The notes: a model not told the origin generated them from the letters alone. 64,000 bases of DNA from Syntrophaceae bacterium (GCA_025355345.1 JANXZU010000133.1:4075-68074), one strand, 5' to 3'; positions 20,324-34,340 are shown, numbered from the stretch's first letter. Program-made: numbers and translations.

Positions 20324-20605
20324 TTACTTGCGGACTTTCGTTTTTCGATCACCAGAATGCGAATAAAAAGTCCGTGTCGGCGCAAACTCACCAAGCTTAT
20401 GCCCTACCATATTCTCCGTTACATATACCGGAATAAATTTTTTACCATTATGCACCGCAAATGTGTAACCTATAAGTTCCGGTGTTACGGTTGAACGACG
20501 CGACCAAGTCTTGATAACATTCTTGCTACTCTCGGTCTCCATTTTTCTGACCCGCGAAAGCAACCTTTCCTCAATATATGGACCTTTTTTGATCGAACGA
20601 GCCAC
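20324..20605 (-). CDS. rpsS: 30S ribosomal protein S19
   Basis: '[11 protein letters not shown]' and '[27 protein letters not shown]' are present. Confidence 0.98.
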   Translation of the reverse strand: MARSIKKGPYIEERLLSRVRKMETESSKNVIKTWSRRSTVTPELIGYTFAVHNGKKFIPVYVTENMVGHKLGEFAPTRTFYSHSGDRKTKVRK

Positions 20606-20611
20606 GCTTCT

Positions 20612-21433
20612 TTAACCTCTTCTCTTTACAATATATTTGTCAGTTCTTTTGTTTTTTCTGGTCTTATGACCCTTTGTCGGCACTCCCCACGGAGTACATG
20701 GATGCCTGCCACCGGAAGACTTACCTTCACCACCACCCATAGGATGGTCGACAGGATTCATAACAACACCGCGATTGTGAGGTTTTTTCCCCAACCACCT
20801 GTTCCTACCGGCTTTCCCGATACTGATATTTTCATGATCGTTATTGCCTACCTGCCCGATTGTAGCCATGCACTCAATAAACACTTTCCGTACTTCACCA
20901 GAAGGAAGCCTGACTTGAGCATAACTTCCTTCTTTAGCCATCAGTTGACCGTAAGCTCCAGCTGATCTTATCAATTGCCCACCCCGGCCTACCTTTAGTT
21001 CGACATTGTGAATTAATGAACCTAGTGGAATAAACTTAAGAGGAACAGCATTCCCTGGTTTAATATCAGCCTTTTCACCGCTTACTATCGTATCTCCAAC
21101 ATTGACTTGAGCCGGGGCAACAATATATCTTTTCTCACCATCTCTATAGTTAAGTAAAGCAATTCTAGCTGATCTATTAGGATCATATTCAATCGACGCG
21201 ACTTTCGCCGGTATATCCGTTTTATTACGGCAGAAATCTATAATACGATATTTACGCTTATGACCACCACCTATAAACCTTGCTGTAATTCGACCGTAAC
21301 TATTACGCCCGCCAGATTTCTTCAGGGGTTTAAGCAAACTTTTCTCAGGTTCGGAAGAAGTAATTTCCGCAAAATCTGAAACGCTCTGAAATCTTCTGCC
21401 CGGTGATGTCGGTTTATACTTGATAATTCCCAT
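20612..21433 (-). CDS. rplB: 50S ribosomal protein L2
   Basis: '[13 protein letters not shown]' and '[12 protein letters not shown]' are present. Confidence 0.98.
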   Translation of the reverse strand: MGIIKYKPTSPGRRFQSVSDFAEITSSEPEKSLLKPLKKSGGRNSYGRITARFIGGGHKRKYRIIDFCRNKTDIPAKVASIEYDPNRSARIALLNYRDGEKRYIVAPAQVNVGDTIVSGEKADIKPGNAVPLKFIPLGSLIHNVELKVGRGGQLIRSAGAYGQLMAKEGSYAQVRLPSGEVRKVFIECMATIGQVGNNDHENISIGKAGRNRWLGKKPHNRGVVMNPVDHPMGGGEGKSSGGRHPCTPWGVPTKGHKTRKNKRTDKYIVKRRG

Positions 21434-21455
21434 TATACTAATCCTTAATCTTTTC

Positions 21456-21743
21456 TTACACGCCTTCGGTAATTTCTATACGGCTGCCCGCTGCTAAAGT
21501 TACAATTGCCTTTTTCCAAGAACTCTTGTGCCCAGTAACTTTGCCCATGCGTTTTACTTTTCCCAAAACATGCAGAACCCGAACGTCAACGACATTGACT
21601 TTAAATAATTTTTCCACGGCGTTGCCAATTTGTACTTTGTTGGCCTTTCTGTCGACTTCAAAGTGATATTTATTGAATTCGTCTCTAGACACCGTGCTTT
21701 TTTCTGTAACCAGTATTCTTTTTATAATCTGATGTACTTCCAT
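21456..21743 (-). CDS. rplW: 50S ribosomal protein L23
   Basis: 'ILVTEKS' and 'KKAIVTL' are present. The gene sits between rplD and rplB. Confidence 0.96.
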   Translation of the reverse strand: MEVHQIIKRILVTEKSTVSRDEFNKYHFEVDRKANKVQIGNAVEKLFKVNVVDVRVLHVLGKVKRMGKVTGHKSSWKKAIVTLAAGSRIEITEGV

Positions 21744-22366
21744 TATGCAAGCAATGCTCCCTCAATCTTCTTTACGGAGGGTTCAAGAAGGACTAAATGT
21801 TCATAATTTAATACATCGTAAACATTAATACCCTCTGACCTGATCATTTTAACGTTTCTAAGATTTCGCGACGACTTTAACAACACTACATTATCACTAT
21901 CTATAACAAAAAGTGCTTTCTTAAAACCAAACAAATCAACAACACTTTTAAATTCTTGTGTACTGATTTTCTCCATCGGAAAATCACGCAGAATCATCAT
22001 CTTTTCTTCTTTGCATTTCATACTAAGAACAGAAATTAATGCTTTTTTACGAACTTTCTTCGGCACACTAAATGAATAATCACGTGGATGAGGACCAAAA
22101 ACAATTCCTCCACCTCTCCAAATAGGCGACCTGGTCGTTCCCGCCCGTGCTCTGCCTGTTCCTTTTTGCCGCCATGGTTTTTTACCGCCACCTCTGACAT
22201 CATGCCTTGTTTTAGTAGACGCAGTACCGGAACGGCGCGCGGCTAACTGCATTTTAACTACATCGTAAACTATTGCTTCGTTTACCTCTGCAGCAAAAAC
22301 CAAGTCACTCAAATCGACTTTTGCGACCTTATTCTTTTTAATATCAAAAACATCTGCAACTGCCAT
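21743..22366 (-). CDS. rplD: 50S ribosomal protein L4
   Basis: 'GGGKKPWRQKGTGRARAGTTRSPIWRGGG' is present. Confidence 0.97.
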   Translation of the reverse strand: MAVADVFDIKKNKVAKVDLSDLVFAAEVNEAIVYDVVKMQLAARRSGTASTKTRHDVRGGGKKPWRQKGTGRARAGTTRSPIWRGGGIVFGPHPRDYSFSVPKKVRKKALISVLSMKCKEEKMMILRDFPMEKISTQEFKSVVDLFGFKKALFVIDSDNVVLLKSSRNLRNVKMIRSEGINVYDVLNYEHLVLLEPSVKKIEGALLA

Positions 22367-22384
22367 CTTTACAACTCCAGCAAA

Positions 22385-23017
22385 CTAAGCACTTTTTTTC
22401 TTGGCTTGTTTTATTATAACAAATCCGTTTTTACTACCGGGGATTGAACCTTTCAACAAAAGCAAATTTCTATCAGTTCGAACCTGCCAAACCTGCATAT
22501 TCTGAATAGTCTTTCTAACACAGCCCATATGCCCGGGCAATTTTGTCCCTTTAAAAACACGCGCCGGATCAGCACTGGCACCGATAGATCCTGGTGCTCG
22601 ATGGAACATGGATCCGTGTGTGGCTCTGCCACCGTGGAAGCCATGCCTCTTAATAACTCCCTGAAAACCTTTACCTTTAGAAATCCCTGCAATATCAACA
22701 AAATCACCTGCCTGAAAAATATCAGCACTGATTTCCTGCCCAATTTCATACATTCCAGCTTCCGTTGGAAATTCTTTTAGCTCCCGGAAAAAACCCTTGT
22801 TCGCTTTATTAAAGTGACCCTGTAAAGGCTTGGTAACATTTTTTTGTTTAATTCGACCGTAACCAATTTGAATAGCATCATAGCCGTCTTTTTCTTTAGT
22901 CTTTACCTGTACAACAACTGACGGCTCGACTTCAACTGCAGTTACTCCAACTGCAGCTCCATCCTCAGCAAAAACTTGTGTCATTCCGAGCTTTTTTCCA
23001 ATTATTCCTTTGATCAT
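22385..23017 (-). CDS. rplC: 50S ribosomal protein L3
   Basis: 'MIKGIIGKKLGMTQVF' and 'GKGFQGVIKRHGF' are present. The start is set at ATG 23017. The track ORF adds 21 unlikely residues. Confidence 0.96.
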   Translation of the reverse strand: MIKGIIGKKLGMTQVFAEDGAAVGVTAVEVEPSVVVQVKTKEKDGYDAIQIGYGRIKQKNVTKPLQGHFNKANKGFFRELKEFPTEAGMYEIGQEISADIFQAGDFVDIAGISKGKGFQGVIKRHGFHGGRATHGSMFHRAPGSIGASADPARVFKGTKLPGHMGCVRKTIQNMQVWQVRTDRNLLLLKGSIPGSKNGFVIIKQAKKKSA

Positions 23018-23114
23018 CGATTCATCCAACTTTTTTTCAATAACTATATAGTCAATAATCTTCATTTTGAAGAATGGCAAAAATTATTACCACATCTTCA
23101 CACTTGAAACACAT

Positions 23115-23435
23115 TTATGCTTTTATTTCGACATCCACACCGGCGGAAAGATCCAGTTTCATCAACGCATCCACTGTTGCCTGAGTCGGCTCGACAATAT
23201 CGATCAGTCTCTTGTGTGTTCTAATTTCAAACTGCTCGCGGGATTTTTTATCTACATGCGGTGAGCGGTTTACACAATACTTATTGATTTCTGTAGGCAG
23301 GGGTATTGGACCAGCTACACGAGCACCAGTCCTTTTTGCCGTTTCTACAATTTCTTCTACAGAACGATCCAATAGTTTATAATCGTAAGCTTTAAGCCGA
23401 ATTCTAATCTTCTGTTCTTTCATTGATCTGATCAA
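23115..23435 (-). CDS. rpsJ: 30S ribosomal protein S10
   Basis: '[15 protein letters not shown]' is present. TTG 23435 has GAGGA just upstream. ATG 23423 is an alternative start. Confidence 0.96.
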   Translation of the reverse strand: MIRSMKEQKIRIRLKAYDYKLLDRSVEEIVETAKRTGARVAGPIPLPTEINKYCVNRSPHVDKKSREQFEIRTHKRLIDIVEPTQATVDALMKLDLSAGVDVEIKA

Positions 23436-23449
23436 CCTATCCTCAGTTT

Positions 23450-24643
23450 CTATGCGATAATCTTGCTTACGACTCCGGCACCTACGGTTCTTCCGCCTTC
23501 ACGAATGGCGAATCTCAACTGTTCTTCCATAGCTATTGGCATAATTAACTCGATGCTCATTTTAACATTATCACCGGGCATAACCATTTCAATACCTTCC
23601 GGCAAAGTGGCGACTCCAGTTACGTCCGTTGTGCGGAAATAAAATTGTGGACGATAGCCGGAGAAGAATGGTGTATGACGTCCGCCTTCTTCCTTTGTCA
23701 AAACGTAAACAGCAGCTTCAAATTTTGTATGAGGGGTAATGGAGCCTGGCTTTGCCACAACTTGTCCTCTTTCCACATCCTCACGCTTAATACCTCTTAA
23801 AAGTAAGCCAACATCATCACCGGCCCGACCTTCATCAAGTATTTTGCGGAACATTTCTATACCGGTAACAACTGTCTTAAATGTAGGTCGAATTCCGATT
23901 ATTTCTACTTCTTCACCAACTTTGACAATGCCTCTGTCCACTCTACCTGTCACAACCGTACCGCGACCGGAAATTGTGAAAACATCGCCAACCGGCATTA
24001 AGAAAGGCTTTTCTGTATCACGTTTAGGTTGAGGAATGTATGTATCTACAGCATCCAAAAGATCCCAGATTGATTTTGCATCAGGGGATTTTCCATCTTC
24101 AGCTTCCAGTGCTTTCAGAGCAGAACCACGGATAATAGGAATATCATCACCAGGAAACTCATATTGAGTCAAAAGTTCTCTCAATTCCAGTTCCACTAAG
24201 TCGAGAAGCTCAGGATCGTCAACTAAATCTACTTTATTGAGATAAACGACAACATAAGGAACCTGAACCTGACGGGCAAGGAGGATATGCTCTCTGGTTT
24301 GAGGCATAGGACCATCAGAGGCGGCAACAACTAAAATTGTTCCGTCCATATGTGCAGCTCCGGAGATCATGTTCTTAATGTAATCGGCGTGACCAGGGCA
24401 ATCCACGTGTGCGTAATGCCTTTTCTCCGTTTCATATTCCACGTGTGAAATATTGATCGTAACTCCACGTTCTTTCTCTTCTGGAGCATTATCAATAGAA
24501 TCGAAAGGTCTAAATTCCGCAAATCCTTTTAAGGCCAAATGCTTTGTTATTGCGGCTGTTAACGTTGTCTTACCATGATCAACGTGACCGATTGTTCCTA
24601 TGTTAAAATGCGGCTTAGTCCTTTCAAATTTTTTCTTTGCCAT
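23450..24643 (-). CDS. tuf: Elongation factor Tu
   Basis: '[10 protein letters not shown]', 'DCPGHADY' and 'NKVD' are present in a 397-aa protein. Confidence 0.99.
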   Translation of the reverse strand: MAKKKFERTKPHFNIGTIGHVDHGKTTLTAAITKHLALKGFAEFRPFDSIDNAPEEKERGVTINISHVEYETEKRHYAHVDCPGHADYIKNMISGAAHMDGTILVVAASDGPMPQTREHILLARQVQVPYVVVYLNKVDLVDDPELLDLVELELRELLTQYEFPGDDIPIIRGSALKALEAEDGKSPDAKSIWDLLDAVDTYIPQPKRDTEKPFLMPVGDVFTISGRGTVVTGRVDRGIVKVGEEVEIIGIRPTFKTVVTGIEMFRKILDEGRAGDDVGLLLRGIKREDVERGQVVAKPGSITPHTKFEAAVYVLTKEEGGRHTPFFSGYRPQFYFRTTDVTGVATLPEGIEMVMPGDNVKMSIELIMPIAMEEQLRFAIREGGRTVGAGVVSKIIA

Positions 24644-24697
24644 GACACCTTTCCTCCTTAACTTTGAATGGTTAGTTCGTTTATCGTTTAATTAATA

Positions 24698-25168
24698 TTA
24701 AAACTTGTAATGTGCAAATGCTTTATTCGCGTCTGCCATCTTATGCACACTTTCTCTCTTTTTTATTGCTCCACCACGATTATTTGCCGCATCAATCAAC
24801 TCCCCGGCAAGTTTTTCTCTCATCGTTTTTTCCGTTCGATCTTGAGCATTTGTTATTAGCCAGCGAATTGCCAATGCTGTGCGTCTTGCAGGAGCGACTT
24901 CCGTCGGGACTTGATAGGTAGAACCACCAACACGTCTGGACTTTACTTCAATAACCGGTTTTACATTACTAACTGCTTTTTCAAAAAGTTCAACCGGTTG
25001 CTCCTTTAATTTTTTTTCCATAATATCAAAAGCACCATAAAGAATACTTTCTGCGATACTTTTCTTGCCACGTTTCAACAATGAATTTACAAATTTTGCA
25101 ACCAGTTTATTATTAAACTTAGGATCTGGCAAAACATCCCTTTTTACTACTTCACGTCTTCTCGGCAT
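24698..25168 (-). CDS. rpsG: 30S ribosomal protein S7
   Basis: '[18 protein letters not shown]' is present. Confidence 0.98.
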   Translation of the reverse strand: MPRRREVVKRDVLPDPKFNNKLVAKFVNSLLKRGKKSIAESILYGAFDIMEKKLKEQPVELFEKAVSNVKPVIEVKSRRVGGSTYQVPTEVAPARRTALAIRWLITNAQDRTEKTMREKLAGELIDAANNRGGAIKKRESVHKMADANKAFAHYKF

Positions 25169-25182
25169 TTGACTATCCCCGT

Positions 25183-25554
25183 TTAGCTTGGCCTTTTAGC
25201 GCCGTACTTTGATCTACTTTGTTTACGATCCTGAACACCAACTGCATCCAGTGTACCTCTTACTATATGATACCTCACGCCGGGCAAATCCTTAACTCTG
25301 CCACCACGTACTAAAACAACTGAATGCTCCTGTAAATTATGACCAATACCCGGAATATAAGAAGTTACTTCATAACCGCTGGTAAGACGAACCCTAGCCA
25401 CTTTCCTTAAAGCTGAATTTGGTTTTTTAGGGGTAGTCGTATAAACCCTGACACAAACACCGCGTCTTTGTGGCGAACCTGCCAGCGCTGGTGTATTAGT
25501 CTTCTTCTGTATCTTAGTTCTGCCCTTGCGAACCAATTGGCTGATTGTCGGCAT
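25183..25554 (-). CDS. rpsL: 30S ribosomal protein S12
   Basis: '[12 protein letters not shown]' and '[16 protein letters not shown]' are present. ATG 25554 has GGAGG 4 nt upstream. Confidence 0.98.
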   Translation of the reverse strand: MPTISQLVRKGRTKIQKKTNTPALAGSPQRRGVCVRVYTTTPKKPNSALRKVARVRLTSGYEVTSYIPGIGHNLQEHSVVLVRGGRVKDLPGVRYHIVRGTLDAVGVQDRKQSRSKYGAKRPS

Positions 25555-25661
25555 TTTTCCTCCGGATCTCAATTATCGCTGCGATTTTGCAAACAGCAGC
25601 AAATCGACGATAACTATCAATTCAAATCATTTATGTCAAGCTATTTTCTCAATTATTTAAT

Positions 25662-28600
25662 TTATTCTAATATCGCTTCTGAATCAGCATCAACAACTTG
25701 GATACCTAGCTTACGATACATCACCAAACCAGTACCTGCTGGTATTAATCTGCCCATAATAACGTTTTCTTTCAATCCTCTCAGGTAGTCTGTTTTACCC
25801 GCAAGCGAGGCTTCCGTTAGAACTCTGGTGGTTTCCTGGAACGAAGCAGCAGAAATAAAACTTTGGGTGCTAAGCGATGCCTTAGTAATACCTAAAAGCA
25901 ATGGCTCACCGATAGCCGGACGCCCTCCTTGAGCCATAACTTTTTCGTTTTCTTCCTGAAAACGGTAACGCTCAACCTGCTCGTCGGCAATGAAAATTGC
26001 ATCACCCGGATCGTTTACCTTAACCCGACGTAACATTTGCCGAACAATCACTTCCATATGCTTATCATTAATTTTGACACCTTGCAAACGATAAACTTCC
26101 TGCACTTCATCAACCAGGTATCTGGCCAGCTCTTTTTCACCTTTAATAGCTAAAAGATCATGGGGATTATTCACACCATCCATCAATGCATCTCCTGGCG
26201 TGACACGATCGCCTTCTTGAACACTTACATGTTTACCTTTGGCAATAAGGTATTCTTTTTCTTCGCCAATTTCAGGAGTTACAACAATTTTACGTTTACC
26301 TTTGGCATCTTTACCATAGGAAACAATGCCGTCGATTTCACTGATAACCGCAAAGTCTTTAGGTTTACGGGCTTCAAATAATTCGGCCACACGAGGCAAA
26401 CCACCTGTAATATCCTTAGTTTTTGTTGTTTCGCGCGGAATTTTTGCGACAATGTCACCGGCGCGAACTTCATCGCCTTCGGATACAACTAAATTTACTC
26501 CAACCGACAAGAAATAGCGTGCGGCAGAACCAGTACTAGTAAGTTTTGCTGTTTTTCCTTTACTGTCTTTGAGAGAAACTCGCGGCCTTAAATCGCCACC
26601 TTTAAATTCTACGATAACTTTACGCGATAGACCGGTGACTTCATCGACCTGTTCTTGCATTGTCTTGCCTTCGATGATGTCACCAAATTTAATTGTTCCA
26701 TCAACCTCAGCCAAAATCGGTATGGAGAACGGATCCCATTCCGCAATTAATTGTCCACGCTTAACTGTATTGTTGTCGCTTACTTTCAGATGGGCGCCAT
26801 AAGGAACAGTATATTTGCCACGACTACGTTGCTGATCGTCTAAAACATGAATTTCACCATGACGGTTCATCACAACGAAATCATTCTCTCTTGTTTTAAC
26901 CGTATTCAAATTAACAAATTTAACTATACCGTCATGACGCGCTTCCAATGTGGAATGTTCGTCAAATTTCGCCGTCCCACCGATATGGAATGTTCTCATT
27001 GTCAACTGCGTACCCGGTTCACCTATGGACTGAGCGGCTACAATACCAACCGCTTCCCCAATATTAACCATATGACCATGCGCAAGATCGCGACCATAAC
27101 ACATCGCACAAACTCCATGCTTGGCGCGGCAGGTTAAGACTGATCGAATATTCACTCTTTCGATGCCGGAACCATCAATCTTTTCCGCAAGAGCTTCATC
27201 AATAGCTTCGTTGGCATTAACAATAACTTCTCCGGTAAAAGGATCATTGATTTCCTGCAGGGCAACTCTACCCAACACCCGCTCTCCTACAGTTTCTATC
27301 ATTTCTCCACCTTCCATCAATGCAGAAACGTAAAGACCATCAACTGTTTGGCAATCCTGTTCCGTAATAATACAGTCCTGAGCTACATCCACCAGTCTTC
27401 GAGTAAGATAACCGGAATTTGCTGTTTTCAGTGCTGTATCAGCTAAACCCTTGCGAGCGCCGTGAGTAGAAATAAAATACTGCAGCACTGTAAGACCTTC
27501 GCGAAAATTGGCTGTAATCGGCGTTTCAATAATTTCCCCCGACGGCTTAGCCATCAATCCGCGCATACCTGCCAATTGACGCAACTGCACTCCGGAACCT
27601 CTGGCACCGGAATCGGCCATCATAAAAATTGGGTTGAAACTTTCGATACTGCGCTTTTTACCATCAGTTCCTACAACCTCTTCCGTACTTATACCAGTTA
27701 ACATTTCAGTAGCAATTTTTTCAGTAGCTTGCGCCCAAATATCAATGACCTTGTTATAGCGTTCACCATCTGTAATCAAGCCATCCATATACTGTTTTTG
27801 AATCTTTAAAACATCTTTATCCGCTTGCAGAACAATATTCTTTTTATGCTCCGGAATAATCATATTACCAACTGCAAAAGAAAGTCCGGAAATTGTGGCA
27901 TACTTGAAACCTAAATCCTTAAGTCTGTCCGCCAACAATACCGTTGTCTTGTCGCCACATAAACGGTAGCAATGGTCAATAAGGTTCGCCAATTCCTTTT
28001 TATTCATTAGTTTATTTACAGCGTCAAAAGAAATTTCTTCAGGAATTATTTCCGCAAGAATAATCCTTCCTACAGTCGTATCTTTTAATTCAGAATTAAT
28101 ACGGACTTTAATGCGCGCATGTAAATCTACTGCTCCAGCATCAATAGCTACACGTACTTCTGCCGGGCCGGCAAATACCATGCCTTCACCTTTGACCGCA
28201 TTTTTGGCTCGGGTGAGATAATAAAGCCCCAAAACGATATCCTGACTGGGAATAATAATCGGTTTTCCATTTGCCGGTGAAAGAATATTATTGGTAGACA
28301 TCATGAGCACGCGCGCTTCTGTTTGCGCTTCTATGGATAGTGGAATATGTACGGCCATTTGGTCACCGTCAAAGTCAGCATTGAAAGCCGTGCAAACCAG
28401 TGGATGTAGACGAATTGCCTTACCTTCAATTAACACCGGTTCAAATGCCTGCATACCTAAACGATGCAAAGTCGGCGCGCGATTGAGAATAACCGGGTAC
28501 TCGCGCACAACTTCATCAAGCGCATCCCATACTTCGGCCGTTTCTCTTTCGACCATTTTCTTGGCACTTTTTACAGTAGTAACATATCCCTTATCTAGCA

Positions 28601-29756
28601 ATCGATTATAAACAAAAGGCTTAAAAAGCTCCAAAGCCATCTTTTTGGGTAACCCGCATTGATGCAGCCTCAAATCAGGACCAACAGTAATTACTGAACG
28701 GCCTGAATAATCAACTCTTTTACCCAGTAAATTCTGACGGAAACGCCCCTGTTTACCCTTCAACATATCGGACAATGAACGCAACGGACGCTTATTGGTT
28801 CCCGTAATTGCACGACCACGACGACCGTTATCAAAAAGGACATCGACCGCTTCCTGCAACATGCGTTTTTCGTTGCGGATAATAATTTCCGGCGCATTTA
28901 ATTCCTGCAATCGCTTCAGACGATTGTTTCTATTGATGACTCTTCTGTATAAATCATTAAGATCAGATGTAGCAAAGCGACCGCCGTCGAGCGGAACTAA
29001 AGGCCTTAAATCAGGCGGGATAACAGGTAGCACATTTAAAATCATCCATTCCGGTTTATTACCGGACTTACGCAGTGCTTCTACTACTTTTAATCTTTTT
29101 ACCAATTTCTTTTTCTTTGTATCGGAAATGGAGGTAACAACTTCCGCACGCAACTCTTCGTAGAGTTTTTCCAAATCGATTTCTTCCAGCAGTCGCCTTA
29201 CTGCCTCAGCACCGATTCCCGCGACAAATCCATTTTCACCGTACTGATCCTTGGCTTCGCTTAATTCTTCATCCGTGAGTAATTCCTGTTTTTTCAAGGA
29301 AGTAGCTTTAGGATCGAGAACTATCCATGATTCAAAATAAAGAACTTTTTCCAGTTCTTTTAATGTTAAATCCATCACATTACCAATGCGACTGGGAAGA
29401 CTCTTCAAAAACCAAATATGAGCAACTGGAGTTGCCAGAGTAATATGCCCCATCCGTTCACGGCGAACTTTCGATTGAATAACTTCAACTCCGCACTTTT
29501 CGCAAACGACTCCACGGTGCTTCATCCGCTTATAACGCCCGCAAAGGCATTCATAGTCTTTAACCGGCCCAAAAATCTTTGCACAGAAAAGTCCATCTCT
29601 TTCCGGTTTAAATGTCCGGTAGTTGATGGTTTCCGGTTTCTTAACTTCACCATGTGACCAAGAAATAATCTTGTCCGGCGAAGCTATGGAAATCTTCATT
29701 GCATTGAATCTGATCGGATTTTTTGGTTTTTCAAAATAACTGAAAACGTCTTCCAC
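25662..29756 (-). CDS. rpoC: DNA-directed RNA polymerase subunit beta'
   Basis: The Zn finger '[20 protein letters not shown]' and catalytic 'NADFDGDQM' are present in a 1364-aa protein. Confidence 0.99.
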   Translation of the reverse strand: MEDVFSYFEKPKNPIRFNAMKISIASPDKIISWSHGEVKKPETINYRTFKPERDGLFCAKIFGPVKDYECLCGRYKRMKHRGVVCEKCGVEVIQSKVRRERMGHITLATPVAHIWFLKSLPSRIGNVMDLTLKELEKVLYFESWIVLDPKATSLKKQELLTDEELSEAKDQYGENGFVAGIGAEAVRRLLEEIDLEKLYEELRAEVVTSISDTKKKKLVKRLKVVEALRKSGNKPEWMILNVLPVIPPDLRPLVPLDGGRFATSDLNDLYRRVINRNNRLKRLQELNAPEIIIRNEKRMLQEAVDVLFDNGRRGRAITGTNKRPLRSLSDMLKGKQGRFRQNLLGKRVDYSGRSVITVGPDLRLHQCGLPKKMALELFKPFVYNRLLDKGYVTTVKSAKKMVERETAEVWDALDEVVREYPVILNRAPTLHRLGMQAFEPVLIEGKAIRLHPLVCTAFNADFDGDQMAVHIPLSIEAQTEARVLMMSTNNILSPANGKPIIIPSQDIVLGLYYLTRAKNAVKGEGMVFAGPAEVRVAIDAGAVDLHARIKVRINSELKDTTVGRIILAEIIPEEISFDAVNKLMNKKELANLIDHCYRLCGDKTTVLLADRLKDLGFKYATISGLSFAVGNMIIPEHKKNIVLQADKDVLKIQKQYMDGLITDGERYNKVIDIWAQATEKIATEMLTGISTEEVVGTDGKKRSIESFNPIFMMADSGARGSGVQLRQLAGMRGLMAKPSGEIIETPITANFREGLTVLQYFISTHGARKGLADTALKTANSGYLTRRLVDVAQDCIITEQDCQTVDGLYVSALMEGGEMIETVGERVLGRVALQEINDPFTGEVIVNANEAIDEALAEKIDGSGIERVNIRSVLTCRAKHGVCAMCYGRDLAHGHMVNIGEAVGIVAAQSIGEPGTQLTMRTFHIGGTAKFDEHSTLEARHDGIVKFVNLNTVKTRENDFVVMNRHGEIHVLDDQQRSRGKYTVPYGAHLKVSDNNTVKRGQLIAEWDPFSIPILAEVDGTIKFGDIIEGKTMQEQVDEVTGLSRKVIVEFKGGDLRPRVSLKDSKGKTAKLTSTGSAARYFLSVGVNLVVSEGDEVRAGDIVAKIPRETTKTKDITGGLPRVAELFEARKPKDFAVISEIDGIVSYGKDAKGKRKIVVTPEIGEEKEYLIAKGKHVSVQEGDRVTPGDALMDGVNNPHDLLAIKGEKELARYLVDEVQEVYRLQGVKINDKHMEVIVRQMLRRVKVNDPGDAIFIADEQVERYRFQEENEKVMAQGGRPAIGEPLLLGITKASLSTQSFISAASFQETTRVLTEASLAGKTDYLRGLKENVIMGRLIPAGTGLVMYRKLGIQVVDADSEAILE

Positions 29757-29802
29757 AGATTTTCTCCTGTACGATTAAAACTTAAGTGAGTACAACCAAA
29801 AG

Positions 29803-32800
29803 TTACTCTTCCTCAACCAATTCTACATCTAATCCAAGACTTTGGAGTTCTTTAACTAAAACGTTAAACGATTCCGGCAATCCCGGTTCAAATGTATGTT
29901 CACCTTTGACAATTGATTCATAAATCCTCGTTCGACCGGCTACATCATCGGACTTAACCGTAAGAAATTCTTGCAGTGCATAAGAAGCTCCGTAAGCTTC
30001 CATTGCCCAAACTTCCATTTCCCCCAATCTCTGTCCACCGAACTGGGCTTTACCACCTAATGGTTGCTGAGTCACCAGTGAATATGGACCAATTGAACGT
30101 GCATGAATTTTATTGTCTACCAAATGGTGCAGCTTAAGCATATAAATAATGCCTACTGTAACTTCCTGATCAAAAGGCAAACCCGTTCTGCCATCAAAAA
30201 GAACCGCTTGTCCAGTTTCTGGCAAACCGGCAATATTCAATAACTCCCTGATTTTATTTTCAGGACAACCGTCAAAAACAGGACTTGCCACGAGCATACC
30301 TTTTTTCAAACGGCCTACAAAACGTTTGATATCTTCGGTAGAAGCTTCATCAATGAACTTATCGAAATCAGGTGATGAATATGATTTTTTCAATTCATTC
30401 TTTGTTTCATTTAAGTTTGATTTTTGTTCCAAAAGTTCATTCAACCCTTCACCTATTGATTTAGCCGCCCAGCCTAAATGAGTTTCCAGAATCTGACCAA
30501 CATTCATTCGAGAAGGAACGCCCAAAGGATTTAGCACAATATCAACTGTTGAGCCGTCCGCAAAATATGGCATATCTTCTTCCGGTAATATCCGCGACAA
30601 CACACCTTTGTTACCATGCCTTCCGGCCATTTTATCGCCAACGGAAAGTTTTCTCTTAATGGCAATATAAACCTTAACCATTTTAATTACACCGGGTGGA
30701 AGCTCATCACTGGCTTTAACTTTCTCCAACCTTTCCTCAAAATGAGCCCTAACAAAATCAATTTTTCTTTCATAGGAAGAGATTATATTAATTAGTTTTT
30801 CTTCCGAACCATCAGTTTCGGCAATAGTTATATCTTTCCAATAACTCGACGGAATATCAACCCAGATCTCTTTAGTAATCTTATCACCCTTCTTCAGAAG
30901 AGTTTTTTTCTTGGTATCAACTATTTTTGTTGCCGCAGTTTTTCCAACAATTAGCTTGGTAATGTCTTTCTTGATCGATTCGGTAAGGATACTGATTTCA
31001 TCGTCTCTATCTTTAGTTAACTGCTCAATGGCGTCGCTTTCGATAGCAAGTGAACGTAAGTCTCTGTCCGCTCCCTTTCGTGTGAATACCTTTGCATCAA
31101 TAACCGTACCTTCAACTCCCGGTGAAACTCGCAAAGAAGTATCGCGCACATCGCTGGCCTTTTCTCCAAATATTGCCCGCAACAGTTTTTCCTCGGCAGA
31201 CAACTGGGTTTCTCCTTTGGGAGTGATCTTGCCAACAAGAATATCCCCTGGTTTAACGGAAACGCCAATACGGATTATGCCACTCTCATCTAAATTTCTT
31301 AGAGCTTCCTCGCCAACATTAGGAATATCCCTTGTAATTTCTTCCTTGCCCAGCTTGGTATCGCGGGCCATGGTTTCGAACTCTTCAATATGAATCGATG
31401 TATAAATATCTTCCCTAACTATTCTCTCGCTGACTAAAATAGAATCTTCGTAATTGTAACCACCCCAAGACATGAAGGCAACCATTACATTTCTACCCAG
31501 AGCTAATTCGCCTGTATCCGTTGCCGGTCCATCGGCCAATATGTCTTTTTTATGAATCCGGTCACCGATATCAACTATTGGTTTTTGATTAAAGCATGTA
31601 TCTTGATTAGACCTTTGATATTTAGATAAAGAATAAATGTCAACTCCGGTATCAATGCCATCTTCTTCGGGACGGTCTGCCCGAACAACTATACGGGACG
31701 CATCGATACTCTCCACAACCCCTGCCCGCCTGGCAACTAATACGGCTCCTGAATCACGTGCAACAATTGCTTCCATTCCAGTACCAACAACAGGAACCTC
31801 TGGACACATGAGTGGTACAGCCTGTCTCTGCATGTTTGATCCCATTAGCGCGCGGTTCGCATCGTCATGCTCCAAAAATGGAATCAATGCTGCTGCCACG
31901 GAGACAAGTTGATTAGGAGAAACATCCATCATGTGGACTTTTTCTGGTACAACGGAAATGAAATCTCCACCTCTTCTGACTGAAATCAATTCTTCAATAA
32001 ACTTGCCGTACTTATCTAAAGGACGATCAGAAGGGGAAATAATTTGATTTTCTTCTTCGATTGCTGTCATGAATTTAATATCATCAAGAACCTGGCCATT
32101 TTCAACAAGCTTATAAGGAGTTTCAATAAAGCCAAATTCATTTACCCTGGCGTAGGTGCTCAAAGAAACAATTAAACCGATATTAGGCCCTTCCGGCGTT
32201 TCAACCGGGCATATACGCCCATAATGAGTAGGGTGAACATCGCGGACTTCAAAGCCTGCACGCTCGCGCGTCAAACCGCCCGGTCCCAGCGCGGACAAAC
32301 GTCTCTTATGTGTAATCTCAGATAATGGATTGGTCTGATCCATAAACTGAGAAAGCTGACTGGAACCGAAAAACTCATTAACAACCGCTGAAACCGGTTT
32401 AGCATTAATAAGGTCATGCGGCATCATTGTTTCGATATCCTGCAGACTCATTTTTTCTTTTATCGCCCGCTCCATGCGCACTAAACCAATTCGATACTGG
32501 TTTTCAATGAGTTCGCCGACAGATCTAACTCTACGATTTCCTAAATGATCAATATCATCAACACTGCATTCGCCGATGCCGTTCTTTAAATCAATCAGAT
32601 ACTTGACTGCGGCTAAAATATCGTCCTTACGCAATACGGTAATGTCGGTAGATACATTTAAATGCAGTTTATAATTCATTTTTGCCCGCCCGACATCGGA
32701 CAAATCATAAGTCTCCGGCTCAAAGAAAAGGCTATTAAAAAATTTTGCCGCTGTTTCCGGCGTGGGAGGATTACTGGGACGCAAACGGCGATATATTTCC

Positions 32801-33918
32801 ATTATTGCATCCTCGGTAGTATCAATTTTATCAATTAACAAGGTCTCGCGCATGGCGGCATTATCCATATCTTCATCAATATGGATAAACCTTAACTCCT
32901 GCACTCCCTTTTCTTTGGCTACTTCCAGTCCATTTAACGGCAATTCTTCATTGCAGCGGAAAATAATTTCCCCTGTTTGCGGATCACGAACATCCGAAGA
33001 TATGATCTTTCCGGCCAGCTCTTCCTCTTTTATGGCGATGCGCTTAATACCGGAATCCATAATTCTTTTTAAGAGAGGCTTAGTAAGTTTTCGTCCCTTC
33101 TTAACAATCGTTTCATCGCTTTTCGGATCTTTGATGTCTTCCGGTGCCTTTTGACCGACTAGAGAGTCGTCAACGGCAAAATAAAGCTTTTCACCTTCAA
33201 TGGTGACTTTCTCGATATTATAAAAATAATTTAAAATAAACTCAGTCGAATTGCCCATCGCTTTCAGAAGTATAGTGATTGGCATTTTCCGGCGACGATC
33301 AATCCTGACATAGAGCAGATCTTTAGAATCAAACTCCAAATCCAGCCATGAACCTCTAATAGGAATAACACGTGCTGAATAAATCAGTTTCCCGCTGGCA
33401 ACAGTTTTGCCCTTGTCATGATCAAAAAAGATACCCGGAGAACGGTGAAGCTGGCTTACAATAACTCTCTCCGTTCCATTAACAATAAAGGTTCCATTTT
33501 CAGTCATCAGCGGAATCTCGCCGAAATAAATTTCCTGCTCTTTAATATCACGGATTGGCTTCGTCTCAGGGGCATCCCTGTTGATTTTGCCATCAGCAAG
33601 ACGATCCGTATCGAATACAACCAGTCTCACCACTATCTTCAAAGGAGCGGCAAAGGTCATTCCCTTTTGGACGCACTCCTTCACATTATACCGAACATCT
33701 CCAATTTTGTAGCTGACAAACTCCAAAGAACACTTTCCGCTGAAATCAGAAATAGGAAACACACTCTTGAAAGCTCCTTGAAGCCCAATGTTACCTCTCT
33801 TAATCGGCGCCAATTCCTGCTGCAGGAATTTTTCATAAGATCGTGTCTGGATTTCAATTAAATTGGGAATATCCAGTAATTTCTTTACCCGGCCAAAATT
33901 TTTTCTAAAATCGCCCAT
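29803..33918 (-). CDS. rpoB: DNA-directed RNA polymerase subunit beta
   Basis: The protein is 1371 aa and carries '[33 protein letters not shown]' (rifampicin cluster I) and '[12 protein letters not shown]'. Confidence 0.99.
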   Translation of the reverse strand: MGDFRKNFGRVKKLLDIPNLIEIQTRSYEKFLQQELAPIKRGNIGLQGAFKSVFPISDFSGKCSLEFVSYKIGDVRYNVKECVQKGMTFAAPLKIVVRLVVFDTDRLADGKINRDAPETKPIRDIKEQEIYFGEIPLMTENGTFIVNGTERVIVSQLHRSPGIFFDHDKGKTVASGKLIYSARVIPIRGSWLDLEFDSKDLLYVRIDRRRKMPITILLKAMGNSTEFILNYFYNIEKVTIEGEKLYFAVDDSLVGQKAPEDIKDPKSDETIVKKGRKLTKPLLKRIMDSGIKRIAIKEEELAGKIISSDVRDPQTGEIIFRCNEELPLNGLEVAKEKGVQELRFIHIDEDMDNAAMRETLLIDKIDTTEDAIMEIYRRLRPSNPPTPETAAKFFNSLFFEPETYDLSDVGRAKMNYKLHLNVSTDITVLRKDDILAAVKYLIDLKNGIGECSVDDIDHLGNRRVRSVGELIENQYRIGLVRMERAIKEKMSLQDIETMMPHDLINAKPVSAVVNEFFGSSQLSQFMDQTNPLSEITHKRRLSALGPGGLTRERAGFEVRDVHPTHYGRICPVETPEGPNIGLIVSLSTYARVNEFGFIETPYKLVENGQVLDDIKFMTAIEEENQIISPSDRPLDKYGKFIEELISVRRGGDFISVVPEKVHMMDVSPNQLVSVAAALIPFLEHDDANRALMGSNMQRQAVPLMCPEVPVVGTGMEAIVARDSGAVLVARRAGVVESIDASRIVVRADRPEEDGIDTGVDIYSLSKYQRSNQDTCFNQKPIVDIGDRIHKKDILADGPATDTGELALGRNVMVAFMSWGGYNYEDSILVSERIVREDIYTSIHIEEFETMARDTKLGKEEITRDIPNVGEEALRNLDESGIIRIGVSVKPGDILVGKITPKGETQLSAEEKLLRAIFGEKASDVRDTSLRVSPGVEGTVIDAKVFTRKGADRDLRSLAIESDAIEQLTKDRDDEISILTESIKKDITKLIVGKTAATKIVDTKKKTLLKKGDKITKEIWVDIPSSYWKDITIAETDGSEEKLINIISSYERKIDFVRAHFEERLEKVKASDELPPGVIKMVKVYIAIKRKLSVGDKMAGRHGNKGVLSRILPEEDMPYFADGSTVDIVLNPLGVPSRMNVGQILETHLGWAAKSIGEGLNELLEQKSNLNETKNELKKSYSSPDFDKFIDEASTEDIKRFVGRLKKGMLVASPVFDGCPENKIRELLNIAGLPETGQAVLFDGRTGLPFDQEVTVGIIYMLKLHHLVDNKIHARSIGPYSLVTQQPLGGKAQFGGQRLGEMEVWAMEAYGASYALQEFLTVKSDDVAGRTRIYESIVKGEHTFEPGLPESFNVLVKELQSLGLDVELVEEE

Positions 33919-33953
33919 ATCTTCCTTAATAAAATGACTTATTAGAGGTTACG

Positions 33954-34340
33954 TTATTTAATCTCGACGGTTCCACCGACTTCTTCAATCTTCTTCTTAA
34001 TGTCAGCAGCCTCATCTTTAGTAACGCTTTCCTTTATTGCTTTGGGTACGCCTTCTACCAAATCTTTTGCTTCTTTAAGACCTAAACCGGTAATCGCCCG
34101 GACAACTTTAATAACTTGAATCTTTTCCGCACCAAAACCTGTAAGAACAGCATTAAATTCAGTCTGTTCTTCTGCTGCTGCAGCAGGTGCTCCACCGCCA
34201 ACGGCCACAGCAGCCATCATCGGAGCAGAGGCAGAAACCCCAAACTTTTCTTCTAATTCTTTAACAAGAGCCGACAGCTCTAATACAGTCATTCCTTCAA
34301 TGAATTTAACAACATCTTCTTTTGTAATTTGATTCGACAT
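33954..34340 (-). CDS. rplL: 50S ribosomal protein L7/L12
   Basis: It has an Ala-rich hinge and the C-terminus '[12 protein letters not shown]'. Confidence 0.98.
   Translation of the reverse strand: MSNQITKEDVVKFIEGMTVLELSALVKELEEKFGVSASAPMMAAVAVGGGAPAAAAEEQTEFNAVLTGFGAEKIQVIKVVRAITGLGLKEAKDLVEGVPKAIKESVTKDEAADIKKKIEEVGGTVEIK

Noticed and set aside
25662-33918. Numerous 60-160-aa ORFs antisense to, or out of frame within, rpoB and rpoC (for example 30911-31393, 33418-33861, 28795-29163, 32762-33154).
   Set aside because: They lie wholly inside two of the most conserved genes known. They lack SD sequences, and their Ser/Pro/Arg-rich or Ile/Phe-rich compositions are typical of the reverse complement of coding DNA. 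They are shadow ORFs.
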